From a virus, in IMG/VR virus record IMGVR_UViG_3300027785_002095: a stretch of 64,000 nucleotides of DNA; one strand, written 5' to 3'. This document shows positions 9,949 through 18,771 of this stretch, piece after piece. The position numbers were made by a program, and so were the translations under genes. The first letter of the stretch is position 1, and each line of letters opens with the position of its first letter. The notes under the pieces are model-generated. The model did not search any database. It had not been told where the DNA came from and saw only the letters and a list, made by a program, of their open reading frames with translations.

Positions 9949-10325
9949 TGAAAACATATAATAACACCGCAGGAACTACATCAAGTAATTTTGCATTAGG
10001 TCAAGGCACTGGTAACGAAGTTCGACAGTACTCACTGAGTCGTACTGATACTGGTATTGCAACAGATAGAACTGGCGCCCAGATAGCAATCGCTAGTGTG
10101 GAATTTTACGATGCCAAAGTACTTGTTAAAAGCACAGGTGGTATTGTTGCCAAGCAACTTCGCGGAACTATTAATGGAACAACAGTTACTAGAATTGAGG
10201 ATGTTTTTCAAGAAGACATTGCAGCAGATGTTACAGTAACATCCGACGGCACAACACTAAGCGTAAATTGTACAGGTACCGGAAACTTTACAATTTACAT
10301 AACACTAACAAGGGTAGCTGAATAA
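9948..10325 (+). CDS. hypothetical structural protein
   Basis: 125-aa T/G-rich ORF, start overlaps upstream stop. Confidence 0.4.
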   Translation: MKTYNNTAGTTSSNFALGQGTGNEVRQYSLSRTDTGIATDRTGAQIAIASVEFYDAKVLVKSTGGIVAKQLRGTINGTTVTRIEDVFQEDIAADVTVTSDGTTLSVNCTGTGNFTIYITLTRVAE

Positions 10326-11896
10326 TGGCACACGAATACGTTAAAATTTCCGAGCTAGAAGCAACGGCTAGCTTTGGTACTACAGATCAATTTGTAATTG
10401 TACAGGATGAAGAAACTGTAAAAATTGATGGAGCAGCCTTAATTGAGAGCCTGGCAACACTGACAAACTTAGCAACACGATCTTATGTTGATGCAGTAGT
10501 TGATTCTGCTCCAGGTACATTAGATACCCTAAGAGAATTAGCAGCGGCATTAAATGATGACTCTAATTTTGGTGCCAGTGTTACTGCATTGATCAATGAA
10601 AAATTGCCAGCTGGCAACTTTGGTTTAGAATTTTGGAATCAGCTTGCAACAGTAAACTCGTACCACATTCAAGAAGGTAGCAACTTATATTGGACACAAG
10701 ATAGATTTGATACAGCATTTGCGTCAAAGAACACATATCATTTAGTAGAAGGTAGCAATTTATACTTTACAGAACAGCGTGTTCTTGATGTTGTAACTCC
10801 TCTACTAGAACAGTTCTCTCCTGTTATCGGAGACAATCCGGTATTCAACTCAGTAACAACAACACAGTTAAATGTTCAAAATGTAACGTTTACCGGCACT
10901 GGTGCTGTAAACATTTTTAGTGGCAATGATTTAAACTTGTCGGCGGCTGGCAATGTTACTATCAACGGCCAGAATTTTGTTGCGTTCAGCGGCAATTATA
11001 ATGACCTATTAGACAAGCCAACAAATCCAACATACAACTCAGTTATTATTTCAGGTGCTATAACAAATCCAAGTCATGCAACAACCAAAGCGTATGTTGA
11101 TTGGAAATTAAGTTCTATGCCTACTCCATCATGGAATAGCTTAGTTAATATTAGTAACAACTTAGGTCCGACTCGAATCGCATTGGGTCGCAATGCAGGC
11201 GGATCCAGTGATGCTGATGGTTATGGTGGGTACGGCGGATATGGAGCATACGGTGGCTCCTCATTTGCTATTGCTATTGGTAATAGTTCAGGTAAAACAA
11301 ATCAGGGTGGCGCTGCAATTGGTATTGGAGTTGCAACTGGTTATACCAACCAAGGAGAAAGCGCAATTGCTATTGGCTTAACAGCTGGCAATGAGTACCA
11401 GGGCAGTGCTGCCGTTGCAATTGGCGCAAGCGCAGGTAATACTAACCAGGGCGTAAACTCAATAGCAATTGGCAGCTTGGCAGGCAAAACAAATCAACCA
11501 GCCGGATCTATTGTAATCAACGCAAGCGGAAACGAACTGAATGGTACTACCGCAGGTTTATTTGTTGATCCAATTAGATACGATGTAACAGCGCATGTTG
11601 CATATTACAATCCAGAGTCCAAAGAAGTAACATACGGTCCAGCACCAACAGGCGGTGGGGCTATGAGTCCAGATCCTGTATTCAATAGTGTAACAGCCAC
11701 AGACCTAAACGTTCAAAATGTAAACTTTACTGGCACTGGTGCAGTTACAATCAACAGCAACAATGATTTGAACTTTGCGGCTGCCGGTGATATTAAATTT
11801 AACGGTGAATTTGTAATCACTAAAACGCAACTGAAGTTGATAGTGGCATCGTCCATTGATTTTGCTGATTTTAAAGCTCGCATTGCGGCACTATAA
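10325..11896 (+). CDS. tail fibre-like protein with Gly-Tyr and SIAIG-type repeats
   Basis: two EGSNLYxT motifs (EGSNLYWTQDRFD, EGSNLYFTEQRV) shared with the 5903 ORF; DGYGGYGGYGAYGG; repeats IAIGNSSGKTNQG / IAIGLTAGNEYQG / VAIGASAGNTNQG / IAIGSLAGKTNQ; duplicated block NSVTTTQLNVQNVTFTGTGAVNI ... NSVTATDLNVQNVNFTGTGAVTI. Confidence 0.6.
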   Translation: MAHEYVKISELEATASFGTTDQFVIVQDEETVKIDGAALIESLATLTNLATRSYVDAVVDSAPGTLDTLRELAAALNDDSNFGASVTALINEKLPAGNFGLEFWNQLATVNSYHIQEGSNLYWTQDRFDTAFASKNTYHLVEGSNLYFTEQRVLDVVTPLLEQFSPVIGDNPVFNSVTTTQLNVQNVTFTGTGAVNIFSGNDLNLSAAGNVTINGQNFVAFSGNYNDLLDKPTNPTYNSVIISGAITNPSHATTKAYVDWKLSSMPTPSWNSLVNISNNLGPTRIALGRNAGGSSDADGYGGYGGYGAYGGSSFAIAIGNSSGKTNQGGAAIGIGVATGYTNQGESAIAIGLTAGNEYQGSAAVAIGASAGNTNQGVNSIAIGSLAGKTNQPAGSIVINASGNELNGTTAGLFVDPIRYDVTAHVAYYNPESKEVTYGPAPTGGGAMSPDPVFNSVTATDLNVQNVNFTGTGAVTINSNNDLNFAAAGDIKFNGEFVITKTQLKLIVASSIDFADFKARIAAL

Positions 11897-11906
11897 GGAA
11901 TAACAA

Positions 11907-13427
11907 ATGGAATATATTGTAACGGTTGCAGACCCAAAAGTATGGGACACACTTTGGAGTGAACTAACAGAAAACGGTCTTGGAGATAACTTTATTCCCG
12001 ATCATGCTGTGCCTGTACTTAATGAACGTCCGTTCAATGACTACTCGGCTCACTTTGATTTAACAGATGAAGAAGCTGTTGAACTTAGAAATGACCCGCG
12101 AGTTGCCGCAGTAGAACTACAAGCTGACCAGCAGCCGGGTGTTGAAAAACGCTTCTATGGTCAACGAGCCGGCAACTACGATCGCAATCCTTATTCAACA
12201 ACTGCCTCAATGAAGAACTGGGGCTTGATGCGTTGTACGCAACAGAATGATCCTTACGGCACAGAAACAAGCCTCAACACCAACTTTAACTACAACTTAG
12301 ATGGCGAAGGCGTTGACATCATTATGTTGGATTCTGGAGTTGAAGCTGATCATCCCGAGTTCGCAGTTAATGCTGATGGCTCTGGTGGTAGTCGTGTAGT
12401 TGATTTTGACTGGGCTAGCCTTGGTGTTCCTGGTGTACAATCTTCAGCATCGTACGGCGGCTACTTGGGAGATAGTGATGGGCATGGTTCAAACTGTGCA
12501 AGTATTGCCGCAGGCAACACATGTGGTTGGGCACACAGTTCTAAAATTTATTCTATTAGAATTTTTGCTGGCACTAGTATTCGCACTGGACAATACCTAA
12601 GCGCCATCAATTCTGACGTTGCATTTGACTTGGTACGTGCATTTCACTTAAAGAAACAGGCAGAAGGTAATACACGTCCAACCGTATGTTCAAACTCATG
12701 GGGATATTATTCAAATTATTCAGGGATGACTTCAACAACCTATCGCGGGCAAACATATTCTGCTAGCTCTTACAATTCATTGTATGGGCAAGTAGCAGCA
12801 GTACATGGCGCAAGAGTGTACTACGTTGATACCGCTGTTGAAAACTGTGGTGCTGCTGGTGTTATCCTTATTGGTGCAGCCGGCAATTATCGTCACAAGA
12901 TTGATGTGCCAGGGGGCCAAGATTATAATAACTACTGGACAGGTTACTGGGGGCAATCTTACTATCACAGAGGTTCAAGTCCAACTGCTACTCCTTGTAT
13001 GATTAACGTTGGTGCAACTGATACTATGTTAACTAACCCGCCTGTTGAACGCAAGGCTTATTTTAGCGAAACAGGGCCGCGAGTTGACGTGTATGCTCCG
13101 GGCACTATGATTATGGGTGCTTATGCTAATTCGCCATATCAGACTCAAGCAGTGGCTGATTCACGTAACCCAGAATATTATCTTAATAAGATTTCAGGTA
13201 CAAGTCAAGCAACGCCGCAAGTGACTGGTGTTGTTGCTTGCTTTTTACAACTACGACCAAATTCAACTGTAAACAATATTAAAAAGTTTATTGCCGAAAA
13301 CAGTAACAAAAACAAATTGGCCGAAGGTGCAGTAAGCTGGACAAACTTGTATAGCTTACAAGGTGGAGCCAATAATTATCTATACACACCGTTCACTAAT
13401 CCAAGTCGTGGCAGCATAACAAGTTAA
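11907..13427 (+). CDS. subtilisin-like serine peptidase (S8 family)
   Basis: catalytic triad contexts in order: Asp IIMLDSGVEADHPEF, His DGHGSNCASIAAG, Ser SGTSQATPQVTGVVA. Confidence 0.75.
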   Translation: MEYIVTVADPKVWDTLWSELTENGLGDNFIPDHAVPVLNERPFNDYSAHFDLTDEEAVELRNDPRVAAVELQADQQPGVEKRFYGQRAGNYDRNPYSTTASMKNWGLMRCTQQNDPYGTETSLNTNFNYNLDGEGVDIIMLDSGVEADHPEFAVNADGSGGSRVVDFDWASLGVPGVQSSASYGGYLGDSDGHGSNCASIAAGNTCGWAHSSKIYSIRIFAGTSIRTGQYLSAINSDVAFDLVRAFHLKKQAEGNTRPTVCSNSWGYYSNYSGMTSTTYRGQTYSASSYNSLYGQVAAVHGARVYYVDTAVENCGAAGVILIGAAGNYRHKIDVPGGQDYNNYWTGYWGQSYYHRGSSPTATPCMINVGATDTMLTNPPVERKAYFSETGPRVDVYAPGTMIMGAYANSPYQTQAVADSRNPEYYLNKISGTSQATPQVTGVVACFLQLRPNSTVNNIKKFIAENSNKNKLAEGAVSWTNLYSLQGGANNYLYTPFTNPSRGSITS

Positions 13428-13430
13428 AGT

Positions 13431-14297
13431 TTGTTTTTGGTAAGTACAATAATGACACCTTATCAAAAAAGATACGGGCGGCCTGTTCCCGACCCAGAAG
13501 CTGTACCAAACGAGTTTGTAAACAATATACTACGCAGGGGTTCTTGCCGTACATTCAATGGTGAGCCACTCAAACCAGGGACGTTAGAATTATTGGTTGC
13601 TGCGGCTCAAAGTGCGCCAACAAGCGGTATGCTTCAAACTTGGAGTGTCATTGCATTAACTACCCCCGAAGAAAAAGCAAGCATCTATAAAAAGACTTTC
13701 TTTTCGCCAAACAATATACAACTAATAGGTGGAATTGATAGTCATAATGTAAACGCAATTGCGTCGTCAGCAGTTGTTATGATCTGGCTTGCTGATCTGT
13801 CAAGACTTAAACTTATTCTCAATAGCATTGATGTCGATGAACGTATTCGTGAACAGCCCACATTTGCCGAGTATCATTTAAAGGCTATAGTTGATGCTAC
13901 AATAGCTGCTCAAACGTTTTGTTTGGCTGCAGAGAGCATGGGCATCGAAGGTACATACTGTGGAGCAATACGACAATTACCTATGGAATTCTTTAAGACT
14001 ACTTTTAATTTACCAAAGCATACTTTTCCAGTCTTTGGTACTATACATGGTTATCCTGAATCAAAACAGCCTCCACTTGTCAAGGCCCGGTTGCCCAGCG
14101 AAATAGTGTTGCACCGTGGTACCTACACAAAAATGAAGTCCACTGATGAATTACAAGAATATAACAAAGTACATGCTCGAAACATATCAAAAAATGTTTC
14201 AAGTTTTGAATCCAGAGTAGTTGAAAGATTGAAACCAACGTATAGTAAAGAATCAATTGGCACAGCATTGCGCTATATGGGATTTGACTTCAAATAA
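13431..14297 (+). CDS. nitroreductase-family flavoprotein
   Basis: NILRRGSCRTFNGEPL...AAQSAPTSGMLQTWSVIAL matches the nitroreductase N-terminal signature (R-x-S-x-R-x-F ... AP-S-x-x-N-x-Q-x-W); likely ATG at ~13452 (track start is TTG). Confidence 0.6.
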   Translation: MFLVSTIMTPYQKRYGRPVPDPEAVPNEFVNNILRRGSCRTFNGEPLKPGTLELLVAAAQSAPTSGMLQTWSVIALTTPEEKASIYKKTFFSPNNIQLIGGIDSHNVNAIASSAVVMIWLADLSRLKLILNSIDVDERIREQPTFAEYHLKAIVDATIAAQTFCLAAESMGIEGTYCGAIRQLPMEFFKTTFNLPKHTFPVFGTIHGYPESKQPPLVKARLPSEIVLHRGTYTKMKSTDELQEYNKVHARNISKNVSSFESRVVERLKPTYSKESIGTALRYMGFDFK

Positions 14298-14306
14298 GGA
14301 ATTAAA

Positions 14307-14672
14307 ATGGAAACGCAAGAACCAAAACACTTTATACGCTTCTGTGTAGAGCGAGAATTGACAGACGAAGAATTCGAAGACATGACTGAAATTGTTGACG
14401 AAGAAATTGGTGACTTGGTTGCATCAGACGAAGTATACGAACATCTGGGTGCAGACGATACCATTTGCTATATGTTTCGATTAGTACGTGACATGGACGT
14501 TACTGATGGAGATATCATCAGTTACGAAATTTCAAATGCCTGGTCAGAATCTCTACAGTGGGAATTGGAAGCAAGTCATTCTGATTTAGAATTAGATGTT
14601 GCAGATGATGCTACTCCTGAGCAAGTAGAAGAAGCTGCGGTCAATTACTTTCGCAATATCCTCAAAGGATAA
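14307..14672 (+). CDS. acidic hypothetical protein
   Basis: 121 aa, D/E-rich. Confidence 0.4.
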   Translation: METQEPKHFIRFCVERELTDEEFEDMTEIVDEEIGDLVASDEVYEHLGADDTICYMFRLVRDMDVTDGDIISYEISNAWSESLQWELEASHSDLELDVADDATPEQVEEAAVNYFRNILKG

Positions 14673-15130
14673 TGAAGTACACACCTGGATCACTTCGCCT
14701 GCTTGGTTATACTCGGCGGAGCAATCATTGGCAAGACTTTGTGACCAAAACCATGGCCACTTGGTACAAATTCAGCCCCGATCACTCCGTTAGCCACTTC
14801 GCTTGGGTTAATAATCCTCACCATCGCAACACACAAGGTACCACACATGGTGGCGCACTAATGACCTACATGGACTACTGCATGAGCGCACATGTATGGG
14901 ACTTGAGTGGCGGTAAAGCTGCATACACAATGGAACTGAACAACAGGTTCATTCGGCCTGCACGTATCACACGTTGGCTCTTTGGGGAAGTTAGACACGT
15001 TATGGTAGCTGATTCAATTGAGCTTGCTGGAACTGTACGAGCTAATGATCCAACTGGTGCGCTGATTCTGGAAAGTTTTGGGCGTTTTACTTTGCCAAAA
15101 CCGTTAAAAATCATTGACGACGACGAATAA
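14672..15130 (+). CDS. hot-dog fold thioesterase (PaaI/4HBT-like)
   Basis: HGGALMTYMDYCMSAHVW ... TMELNNRFIRPA ... ELAGTVRANDPTGALILESFGRF fits the thioesterase-superfamily HGG pattern. Confidence 0.55.
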   Translation: MKYTPGSLRLLGYTRRSNHWQDFVTKTMATWYKFSPDHSVSHFAWVNNPHHRNTQGTTHGGALMTYMDYCMSAHVWDLSGGKAAYTMELNNRFIRPARITRWLFGEVRHVMVADSIELAGTVRANDPTGALILESFGRFTLPKPLKIIDDDE

Positions 15131-15142
15131 CAGTGTTATAAT
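15114..15142 (+). promoter_or_regulatory. sigma70-type promoter TTGACG-N17-TATAAT
   Basis: read directly; overlaps the 3' end of the thioesterase gene; AAGGAC RBS and ATG at 15179 follow. Confidence 0.45.
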
Positions 15143-15178
15143 AGTCACATACGCTAACAACAGCAACTAAGGACTAAT

Positions 15179-15754
15179 ATGAAAATTAATTTACGCAAGG
15201 CCAGTGTGGTCCAGCAAACAATCACAGACGAGATCAAGCGTCTGGGAACAGAGAGCTACACTCTCAAAGTAAGTCTGTTTGAAACAGACATTGAAGCTCG
15301 TCTCAATGAGCAATTGGCCAAGGTTCGTGAGAACCATGCACATGCAGGTCGTTTGATGAGTGCGAACCGATTCTTGCGGGCCATTGTAGCCCGGAAGAAC
15401 GCAGAAGTTGGCATAACTGACTACTTGGCCGAAGAAGCCATGTTAGGTGCTGCCGAAGCACGTTTGAAGTCATTCAGCGAAGCTAATGTTCGCCAAGCAT
15501 TATCTAGCTTGGTTGCAGAAATTGAAAGCCGTCGGACTCCTGGTAGTGATCGTTCCAGCATTTACGGTCGTGAATACACAGTTGACGTAAACGTGGTTCC
15601 TGTGGAAGCAGTAGCAGAATCCAAAAAGGAATTGGAAACAATCCGACGCCGTCGACGCAAGATCAAGGACGAGATGGTATCCATCAATGTCCGTACAGAG
15701 TTTGAAGTACCTGAACAGGTAGCACTTGTGCTAACTGAGCTCGGGCTAGACTAA
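15179..15754 (+). CDS. hypothetical protein
   Basis: 191 aa, coiled-coil-like, good RBS. Confidence 0.5.
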   Translation: MKINLRKASVVQQTITDEIKRLGTESYTLKVSLFETDIEARLNEQLAKVRENHAHAGRLMSANRFLRAIVARKNAEVGITDYLAEEAMLGAAEARLKSFSEANVRQALSSLVAEIESRRTPGSDRSSIYGREYTVDVNVVPVEAVAESKKELETIRRRRRKIKDEMVSINVRTEFEVPEQVALVLTELGLD

Positions 15755-15839
15755 GACTGCCGCACTTAGTCCCGGGTAGGGAGCAGAAATACATCATCGA
15801 TTACTCGATGAAAACTACTGGCTTAGTCTGAAAAACTAA

Positions 15840-15960
15840 TCTACAACGTCTTGCTTAGGCATCAAAAAATTATATTGATATTTGATGTGATACCTAAGCA
15901 AAAGACTCATGTTTGATATTAGCTATTTGATATTTGCTGTTTGACTATTTCTGTTTCGTC
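15840..15960. repeat. iteron-like direct repeats TTTGATAT(T) flanked by inverted repeat TGCTTAGG...CCTAAGCA
   Basis: tattgatatttgatgtgata ... gtttgatattagctatttgatatttgctgtttgactatt: at least 5 TTGAT(A/G)T units spaced 8-15 nt; 8-bp inverted repeat encloses the first two. Confidence 0.35.
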
Positions 15961-15980
15961 CCGGCTTCGTGGCACTTTTT

Positions 15981-16139
15981 ATGAAGAAAATCTGGAGACT
16001 TTGGGCCAAGGCCCTAGGTGAAAAAGCAGGCAATACTGATAAAGAATCAGATCATATTGCTTGCTTTCGTACGATAATTGTGTTAACATACATTATTACA
16101 AACTGTTTTATTGTGGCTGGAGTGATCCGGCATTGGTAG
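15981..16139 (+). CDS. small tail-anchored membrane protein (52 aa)
   Basis: MKKIWRLWAKALGEKAGNTDKESDHIACFRTIIVLTYIITNCFIVAGVIRHW; ends 9 nt before uvdE ATG; no strong SD. Confidence 0.3.
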   Translation: MKKIWRLWAKALGEKAGNTDKESDHIACFRTIIVLTYIITNCFIVAGVIRHW

Positions 16140-16148
16140 GAGCCAATT

Positions 16149-17156
16149 ATGAGTCGTGTAGGTTTTTGTTGCAAATGGATCAATAATCCCTCAGAAGTAG
16201 CTGGACTAAAACCCTCAGCAGTGGATCGAGATCTTAACGGTCGCAGTACCACAATGCGTTGGTTGCGCGAACACAAAGCAGAAGCCGAACAACGACAGTG
16301 GGACATTATGAACCACAATGCTCGTGCAGCATTGCTCCTGGTAGAACGTGTGGCCAGTTTGCCGCCTAATCGACGCATGGTGCGATTGGGTTCAGAAATG
16401 CTACAAGGCTACACACATGACGACTGGATTCCTTTTTGGCAACAGGCCGATGTTCAAGCTCACTGCGAAAAAATCTTTGCTCCAGTTGGCGAAGCTGCTC
16501 GCCGTTTAGATGTGCGACTAAGTTTCCACCCTGGTCAGTTCTGTGTGCTGGCAAGTGAAAATCCTGGCATTGTGGATCGCAGTGTGCTGGAATTTGAATA
16601 TCATGCAGACCTGGCTCGTTGGATGGGCTATGGTAAGACATTTCAGGACTTTAAGATCAATGTACACATTTCAGGTAAACAAGGTCCAAGCGGTATCATT
16701 GCTGCACTACAACGACTTAGCCCAGAAGCCCGTAACTGCATCACAATCGAGAACGACGAAAACTGCTGGGGCATCGACAGCAGCCTTGAACTTGCCGAAC
16801 ATTGCGCCTTGGTACTTGACGTACACCATCACTGGATCCGTACTGGAGAGTACATTCAGCCCACCGACGATAGATGTTCGCGTGTGATTGATAGCTGGCG
16901 TGGTGTGCGCCCTGCTATGCACTACAGTGTCAGCAGGGAAGATTATCTAGTAGGACATGCCACAGATGTGTTGCCCGATATGGCTGCATTGTTGGCACAG
17001 GGTTATAAAAAACAAAAGCTCAGGGCTCACAGTGATTTCTATTGGAATTCAGCTGTAAACACCTGGGCTCTATCTTTTGCAAAAGATTTTGATATTCAAT
17101 GCGAATCTAAGGGTAAAAATCTTGCCTCATTAGATTTTAGCAAATTACTTGCTTAA
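16149..17156 (+). CDS. uvdE: UV damage endonuclease (UvdE/Uve1 family)
   Basis: MSRVGFCCKW..., RLSFHPGQFCVLAS, EFEYHADLARWMGY, INVHISGKQG, ITIENDENCW, LVLDVHHHW align by eye with Bacillus UvsE blocks (RLGYVCI, RLSMHPDQFTVLNS, INIHVGG, LTLENDDKSY, VFDIHHH). Confidence 0.75.
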   Translation: MSRVGFCCKWINNPSEVAGLKPSAVDRDLNGRSTTMRWLREHKAEAEQRQWDIMNHNARAALLLVERVASLPPNRRMVRLGSEMLQGYTHDDWIPFWQQADVQAHCEKIFAPVGEAARRLDVRLSFHPGQFCVLASENPGIVDRSVLEFEYHADLARWMGYGKTFQDFKINVHISGKQGPSGIIAALQRLSPEARNCITIENDENCWGIDSSLELAEHCALVLDVHHHWIRTGEYIQPTDDRCSRVIDSWRGVRPAMHYSVSREDYLVGHATDVLPDMAALLAQGYKKQKLRAHSDFYWNSAVNTWALSFAKDFDIQCESKGKNLASLDFSKLLA

Positions 17157-17429
17157 TTATTCGTTAGTCGACGTAACTACAATACCATTGGCTTTATTGT
17201 AAGCTATGATGCTTTCACGATGTGCAACAACAATTGGGTCAGCATAATAAGCTGCTTTAGTTGCGTCGTCTGCAAATGTAATTGAAGTTGTAGTAACATT
17301 ACCAACTAATGAATCTGTTACAGTAACACGATCACCATATGTTTCAAGTCTATGCTGAATAAATTCCTGGCTTGCTGCCATTGGGCCTGCTTGTCTGACG
17401 TCAGCCTGGCTGATTTGTAAAGTTATCAT
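17157..17429 (-). CDS. hypothetical protein (90 aa) on minus strand
   Basis: RBS AAGGAAAATAAAATG identical to that of the divergent + gene at 17675; convergent with uvdE. Confidence 0.5.
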   Translation of the reverse strand: MITLQISQADVRQAGPMAASQEFIQHRLETYGDRVTVTDSLVGNVTTTSITFADDATKAAYYADPIVVAHRESIIAYNKANGIVVTSTNE

Positions 17430-17564
17430 TTTATTTTCCTTTATAAGTGCTCTAGCACTGTATTGAGTTATTTATACTAACAGTTTCAATTTGGTGTAAA
17501 TTTGGCTGATTTAGTGAGCTGTCACTAAACGCCTTAAAAACCGTTAAAACGGGCTACAATGATG

Positions 17565-17614
17565 TTGCGGTGCAGCATAATTAATGTTATACTAGTGAAA
17601 ACACTGATAGTGTT
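17565..17614 (+). promoter_or_regulatory. promoter TTGCGG-N17-TATACT followed by perfect palindrome AAACACT-GAT-AGTGTTT
   Basis: read directly; palindrome sits 4 nt after the -10, operator-like. Confidence 0.4.
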
Positions 17615-17674
17615 TCTACTAGTGGTAGTGCTCATTAGAGGCTACTAAACATTTGCTTAATAAAGGAAAATAAA

Positions 17675-17896
17675 ATGTTCACAGAAATCACAAAAACTTT
17701 CGAATCAAACCAAAAATTGGCCAAAGAATTGGTTGCACAATTGACAGGTGCATCAACTGCATTTGCCAAGACAATCGTAGACGTTAACACACAGTTAGCC
17801 GAAACTTTCAAAGCACAAGCCGCAGAAGCTTACAAAAACTTAGAAGCATTCAAAGTTCCAGTAATGGATGCTTACACTAAGACAAGTAAGAAGTAA
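17675..17896 (+). CDS. hypothetical protein (73 aa)
   Basis: RBS AAAGGAAAATAAAATG. Confidence 0.5.
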   Translation: MFTEITKTFESNQKLAKELVAQLTGASTAFAKTIVDVNTQLAETFKAQAAEAYKNLEAFKVPVMDAYTKTSKK

Positions 17897-17901
17897 TCAC
17901 A

Positions 17902-18063
17902 ATGTGGGCAAAAATTAAATCAGTATTTGCTCACATGTTTCATCAGCCCTCCATGGGCTGGTGGGAAGAACAATATCTAAACGCAGCACAAAATGCTTGC
18001 GATTTAGAACATCGTCAACGTCAGCTCTTACAAGGACTGGCAAGAACACAGGGATTCCAATGA
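17902..18063 (+). CDS. small hypothetical ORF (53 aa)
   Basis: MWAKIKSVFAHMFHQ...; stop overlaps next start (ATGA). Confidence 0.25.
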   Translation: MWAKIKSVFAHMFHQPSMGWWEEQYLNAAQNACDLEHRQRQLLQGLARTQGFQ

Positions 18064-18182
18064 AATCATTTTTCAACACAATTTGCAGTCTATTAGAAAG
18101 CATGGGTCGTGCTAAAGCAGCAGCATATCTAAGTCGTAATGGGCAAGTTGAGCAAGCCAAAGCATTGATGCTGGCCAAATAA
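18060..18182 (+). CDS. small hypothetical ORF (40 aa)
   Basis: MKSFFNTICSLLESMGRAKAAAYLSRNGQVEQAKALMLAK; coupled between two + genes; the 170-aa antisense ORF here is rejected. Confidence 0.25.
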   Translation: MKSFFNTICSLLESMGRAKAAAYLSRNGQVEQAKALMLAK

Positions 18183-18183
18183 T

Positions 18184-18732
18184 ATGTCGGCTGTTCGCAG
18201 AGTGTTAGTAAGCGAATATCACAAATATCGTACACACTTAAAATCACTTGACGCAGACAGTAAGTATCTGCGTTTTGGTCATCATGTCCAAGATGAAGTG
18301 CTTGATCGATTATGCGATCAATTTGAAGCAGACGCAGATAAGAATATTTTATTCTGCGTAGAAAATGACAATTTAGATTTTGTAGCGGTGGGACATATTG
18401 CACTGCAAGATGAAATGGAATTGGCATTTAGTGTGCTTAAAGAGTATCAAGGACAAGGATTGGGAAATCAGTTATTCCGACGTGTTATACAATGGTGCAG
18501 AACACATAACCAACTCAAAGGCAACATGGTTTGTTTAAGCAGTAATAAGGTTGTGCGGCACTTGTGTGCCAAATACGGTATACACATGGTAAGCGATCAT
18601 GGCGAAACACTGGCTTCAATTGAACTAGATCATCCAGACATTACCACTTACTTTACCGAAGCCGCAGACTCAAATCTGGCAGTTATGGACTATATGGGCA
18701 AGCGGTTTGTGCATAGACTTAAACAAAAGTAA
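18184..18732 (+). CDS. GNAT-family N-acetyltransferase
   Basis: motif A-like LAFSVLKEYQGQGLGNQLFRRVIQW. Confidence 0.6.
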   Translation: MSAVRRVLVSEYHKYRTHLKSLDADSKYLRFGHHVQDEVLDRLCDQFEADADKNILFCVENDNLDFVAVGHIALQDEMELAFSVLKEYQGQGLGNQLFRRVIQWCRTHNQLKGNMVCLSSNKVVRHLCAKYGIHMVSDHGETLASIELDHPDITTYFTEAADSNLAVMDYMGKRFVHRLKQK

Positions 18733-18771
18733 TCTGAGCCTTCACTAAATATAGCGAGGGCTTTTTCTAAT

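Noticed and set aside
17915-18427. 170-aa minus-strand ORF
   Set aside because: Overlaps two coupled small + ORFs and the start of the GNAT gene; no SD; all neighbours are + strand with good signals.
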